A stretch of DNA of 64,000 bases from assembly GCA_964291625.2 (NCBI GenBank), contig OZ220089.1, positions 4,416,001-4,480,000 of the forward strand, in the 5' to 3' direction. The DNA comes from Candidatus Latescibacterota bacterium (GTDB lineage Bacteria > Latescibacterota > UBA2968 > UBA8231). A program made the translations under genes and the position numbers. Below are positions 60,458 through 64,000 of the stretch, piece after piece. Position 1 is the first letter of the stretch. Each line of letters opens with the position of its first letter. The notes under the pieces are model-generated. The model was not told where the DNA came from, did not search any database, and worked only from the letters and a program-made list of their open reading frames with translations.

Positions 60458-63400
60458 GGGCGGTCCGAGGCTTCCTTTCCTGCTGCTGGCCGCCGCGGCG
60501 GCGGCCGCGGCCGACGTCCGGCTGGTGGGCCTCGATGACTCTTCGCTGCGCCTGGAGCACCGCGTCACCGGCCCCTGCGCCGCCTCCGAGAGCGTGCTCG
60601 TCGGCCTCCCTCCGGGCGCCGAGCCCACCCTGCACCTGCTGACTCTCGAGGAGCGGCCGGGCGGGGTGGTCTGCGGCCAGGGGTCCGAGCCGGAGCCGGA
60701 GGCGTGGGTCTCGCCGCCGCCGGCCGCCGAGCTGCTGGAGGTGGGCCGCTTCCGCCGCCAGCGCGTGGCCCGCATCCGGTTCTCCGGACGGCACGGGCAG
60801 CAACCCCTGGGCCGGGTCGTGGCCGAGATCCGCTTCGGCTCCCGCCGCGGCCCGGGACGGTCCTCCTCCCCGGGGGCGGACGAGGCCCTCTACGCCGGGA
60901 CCGTCCTCAACCACGAGCAGGCCCGCCGGTGGCGGCTGGCGCGCCGGCCGCCGGAGGCCCCGAGGCGCGCCGCCGGCGCCGCGGCCGGCCCCGTGTACAA
61001 GGTCACCATCCGCAGCACCGGGCTCTACCGCCTCACCGGCGCCGACCTGCCCGGGGCCCGGGGCGCGGCCAGCTCCGGCCTGACCCTGCTCTACGGCGGC
61101 GGCCGCCCCCTCGACCCGGACGAGCTTCGGGGGCCTCTTCCCCTCGCGCCCGTGGCGGTGATCGTCGAGGACGGGGGAGACGGCACCTTCGACGCGGAGG
61201 ACGAGCTGATGTTCTACGGCGAGGCCTCCTCCCGCTGGGAGGGGGAGGGGGAGGACAGCCGGTGGCTGCACAACCCCTTCACCGGGGAGAACGCGTACTG
61301 GCTCGCCACCGCCGATCCCGAGCGCGCCCTGCGCCGGGAGCCCCGCCCACCTCCCGCGGCGGCGGCCGCGGCCGCCGACCGCTTCACCGAGCGGGTTCGC
61401 CTCGAGGGCGAGCACTTCCCGACCCACACCACGCCGGAGAAGATCGCCAGCGGCACCGAGTGGTACTGGCTGCGGATGTCCGCCGGCGACGAGGAGACCT
61501 TCCCCGCCCTGCTGCGGTCGCCCGCCGAGGAGACGCCGGTCCTCATCCGCATGCGGGGCATCTCCCAGACGAAGGACGGGGAGTCCCTGCGATTGCGCTG
61601 GAACGGGCGTTGGGCCGGGAACGCCCGGGCCAGCGAGGACGGTCCCTTCGTCTCCGAGGTGCGGACCACGGGGGCGGTGGAGGGGATCAACGAGCTCCAC
61701 GTCCGTCACCTCCGGGGGTGGCGGGTCCTGATCGACTGGTTCGAGCTGGAGTACGAGCGCCGCCCTCACGCCGAGGCGGGGCAGCTGTTCCTGCCGGCCC
61801 GCGGGGGCGCCGCGACCTACCGGGCCACGGGTTTCGAGGAGGCTCCGCGCGTCTTCGCCGTGGAGGACGGCGGCCTGCGCGAGGTCGCCGGGCTGGAGTA
61901 CTCCCCGGCCGAGGGCCGCGTGACCTTCACCGACAGCGCCGGCCCCGGCGCCCGCTACGCCGTGGCCGGGCCCGCGGGGATCCGCCGCCCCGCGAGGATC
62001 GAGGAGCGGCCGCCCCACCGGCTCGTCGACAGGTTCTCGGGAGCGGACTACCTCGTCCTCACCCACCCCGACCTCGAGACGGAGGCCGTCCGCCTGGCGG
62101 CCTGGCGCGCCGCCGACGACCGCCACGGCCTGCCCTTCTCCACCGAGGTGGTGCTCACGGACGAGATCTACGACGCCTTCTCCGGGGGGCTCCTCGACCC
62201 GACGGCGCTGCGCAACTTCCTCCATCACGCCTTCGAGGAGGGGCGGCCTTCCCCGGGCTTCGTCCTCCTCCTCGGCGACGGCAACTTCGACTACCGGGAC
62301 AACCTGGGGACGGGGGTCGGCAACTGGGTTCCTCCCTACGAGGAGGAGGAGAGCACCTACGACGAGTGGTACGTGCGCGTCTCCGGCGCCGACGACCTGC
62401 CGGACATGGCCGTGGGACGGATCCCGGTCCGCTCCTCCGAGGAGGCCGCCGCCGTGGTCGACAAGCTGATCGCCTACGACCGCGAGCCGGAGCAGGGCCC
62501 CTGGCGCAGCCGCATGCTGCTGGCCGCCGACGACACGTACCACGCGGACAAGCCGGAGCGGGTGGAGGCGGACTTCGTCGTGGACGCGGAGAAGCTGGCG
62601 GCGGAACTGCCCCCGGATCTCGACGTGGAGAAGCTCTACCTCGTCGACTACCCCCTCGAGGGCCGCTTCAAGCCGCGCGCCCGGGAGGACTTCCTCGAGA
62701 GCTTCTCCCGGGGTTCGCTGCTGCTCACCTGGGTGGGGCACGGCAACTCCCAGGTCCTGTCCCACGAGGTCATCTTCCGCCTCAGCCAGGACCTGCAGGA
62801 GGTGAACAACGGGCGCCGCCTGCCCCTGGCCTACGGCGCCGCCAGCCAGCTGGGCATCTTCGACGATCCCAACCGGGACTCGATGCCGGAGGCCCTCCTG
62901 AAGCGGCGCGAGGGCGGCGTGGTGGCGATGATCGCCGCCACCCGCGTCGGGTTCCACCCCAGCAACATGGAGCTGGCCCGGCACTTCCACGCCAGGCTGC
63001 TCACCAGTGGCCGCGAGGGCGTCCCCGTGGGGCAGGCCCTGCTCGAGGCCAAGCTGCGGTCGGTGCAGAACCGCGACAACACGCGCCGCTTCAGCCTCTT
63101 CGGAGATCCGGGGACGCGGCTGGCGCTCCCCCGTCTGCGGGTGGAGCTGGAGGTGGCCGACACCCTGCGCGCCCTGGAGATGGCCCGCCTCGTGGGGCGG
63201 ATCACCCGCGGCGGCGAGGCGGTCCCCTCCTTCGACGGCCGGGTCCGCCTCCAGGTCTTCGACTCCAGCTCGCTGCGGCGCCGCGTCGAGCAGGGCGTCA
63301 CCCTGGAGTACCAGCGGCCGGGGAACCCGCTCTTCCGGGGGCTCTACCCCGTCGCCTCGGGCCGCTTCTCGGTGGACTTCCTCGTCCCCCGCGACATCAC

Positions 63401-64000
63401 CTACCGCGGCCTCGCCGGCAGGGCGAGCGCCCTGGCCTGGGGCCCGGGCGGCTCGGCCTACGGAGCCGCCGGGCCGCTGGCCTTCACCGGGCTCTCGGGG
63501 ACCGCGGCCGCCGAGGACGACGAGGGACCGGCGATCGCCTTCGAGCAGGCCGGCCGCGTCCTCGAGGAGGGCCACGTCCTGCGCGGCGACGCCTCGCTGC
63601 GGGCGACGCTGCGGGACGCCAGCGGCGTCAACATCACCGGCGACGTGGGCCACGGCATCCGCCTGCACCTCGACGAGGCGGTCCTCGACGTCACCCGCGA
63701 CTATCACGCCGTGGGCGACTTCCGCCAGGGGGAGGTCCTCTTCGACCTGCCCGGCTTCGAGCCGGGCCGCCACCGCATCCGCCTGGAGGCCTGGGACGCG
63801 CGCAACAACTGGGGCGAGGGGGAACTCGAGGTGCGGGTCTCGGAGGAGGTCGATGCGGATCTGGACGACCTCCTCTTCCATCCCAACCCGCTGGCCGCCG
63901 AGGGGGGCCACTTCTCCTATACCCTCAGCGCTCCCGCGGGGCGGGTGAGGATCTCCGTCCACACCCTGGCGGGACGCCTCGTCGACGAAGTGACGGCAAG
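60450..64000 (+). CDS. porU: PorU-like C25 (gingipain-family) T9SS sortase; truncated by the window end
   Basis: Not in the ORF track. Hand translation from ATG 60450: VYKVTIRSTGLYRLT, DYLVLTHP, EIYDAFSGG..DPTALRNFL, VLLLGDG.FDYR, PDMAVGRIPV, LLAADD, WVGHG, GGVVAMIAATR, LFGDP, DASGVNITG..GH, AWD..NN, HPNP. Confidence 0.88.
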   Translation, partial: MTEGGPRLPFLLLAAAAAAAADVRLVGLDDSSLRLEHRVTGPCAASESVLVGLPPGAEPTLHLLTLEERPGGVVCGQGSEPEPEAWVSPPPAAELLEVGRFRRQRVARIRFSGRHGQQPLGRVVAEIRFGSRRGPGRSSSPGADEALYAGTVLNHEQARRWRLARRPPEAPRRAAGAAAGPVYKVTIRSTGLYRLTGADLPGARGAASSGLTLLYGGGRPLDPDELRGPLPLAPVAVIVEDGGDGTFDAEDELMFYGEASSRWEGEGEDSRWLHNPFTGENAYWLATADPERALRREPRPPPAAAAAAADRFTERVRLEGEHFPTHTTPEKIASGTEWYWLRMSAGDEETFPALLRSPAEETPVLIRMRGISQTKDGESLRLRWNGRWAGNARASEDGPFVSEVRTTGAVEGINELHVRHLRGWRVLIDWFELEYERRPHAEAGQLFLPARGGAATYRATGFEEAPRVFAVEDGGLREVAGLEYSPAEGRVTFTDSAGPGARYAVAGPAGIRRPARIEERPPHRLVDRFSGADYLVLTHPDLETEAVRLAAWRAADDRHGLPFSTEVVLTDEIYDAFSGGLLDPTALRNFLHHAFEEGRPSPGFVLLLGDGNFDYRDNLGTGVGNWVPPYEEEESTYDEWYVRVSGADDLPDMAVGRIPVRSSEEAAAVVDKLIAYDREPEQGPWRSRMLLAADDTYHADKPERVEADFVVDAEKLAAELPPDLDVEKLYLVDYPLEGRFKPRAREDFLESFSRGSLLLTWVGHGNSQVLSHEVIFRLSQDLQEVNNGRRLPLAYGAASQLGIFDDPNRDSMPEALLKRREGGVVAMIAATRVGFHPSNMELARHFHARLLTSGREGVPVGQALLEAKLRSVQNRDNTRRFSLFGDPGTRLALPRLRVELEVADTLRALEMARLVGRITRGGEAVPSFDGRVRLQVFDSSSLRRRVEQGVTLEYQRPGNPLFRGLYPVASGRFSVDFLVPRDITYRGLAGRASALAWGPGGSAYGAAGPLAFTGLSGTAAAEDDEGPAIAFEQAGRVLEEGHVLRGDASLRATLRDASGVNITGDVGHGIRLHLDEAVLDVTRDYHAVGDFRQGEVLFDLPGFEPGRHRIRLEAWDARNNWGEGELEVRVSEEVDADLDDLLFHPNPLAAEGGHFSYTLSAPAGRVRISVHTLAGRLVDEVTA

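Noticed and set aside
60237-63962. 1241 aa minus-strand ORF
   Set aside because: Shadow of the plus-strand PorU-like gene, which the ORF track missed because it has no stop inside the window.
1-64000. tRNA, rRNA, IS/integrase, prophage or defence genes; recoded stop codons
   Set aside because: None recognised by eye. Genes end at ordinary stops with complete C-terminal motifs. A covariance-model scan was not possible, so small RNAs cannot be excluded.

Overview
High-GC, gene-dense bacterial window with about 34 CDS and no rRNA, tRNA, CRISPR array or mobile element that I could see. The gene content (many signal-peptide proteins with FlgD-Ig/T9SS-like C-terminal domains, CRTAC1/ASPIC-UnbV proteins, a PorZ-PorU pair) suggests an FCB-group organism outside the classical Bacteroidota, probably Latescibacterota-like; this is inference. 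The dominant feature is a run of 19 co-oriented, mostly tightly packed minus-strand genes (6086-39586). It encodes four paralogous ~900-1000 aa secreted proteins of a family I do not recognise, each with an Asp/Asn-rich Ca-binding-like insert and a beta-barrel-like C-terminus. It also encodes secreted discoidin+FlgD proteins ending in V-x-V-x-Y, a 1082 aa TPR protein, several lipoproteins, a membrane-anchored DUF4159 protein, a CsgG/FlgT-like protein, ExbB plus two ExbD with no TonB or TonB-dependent receptor, a double PpiC foldase and a GT-C/TPR glycosyltransferase-like protein. I propose this is an undescribed PMF-energised outer-membrane export/assembly system. At the right end, a PorU-like C25 sortase has Ser in place of the catalytic Cys. 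The two window-edge genes are absent from the ORF track and were translated by hand. All family assignments come from motif recognition, not database searches.
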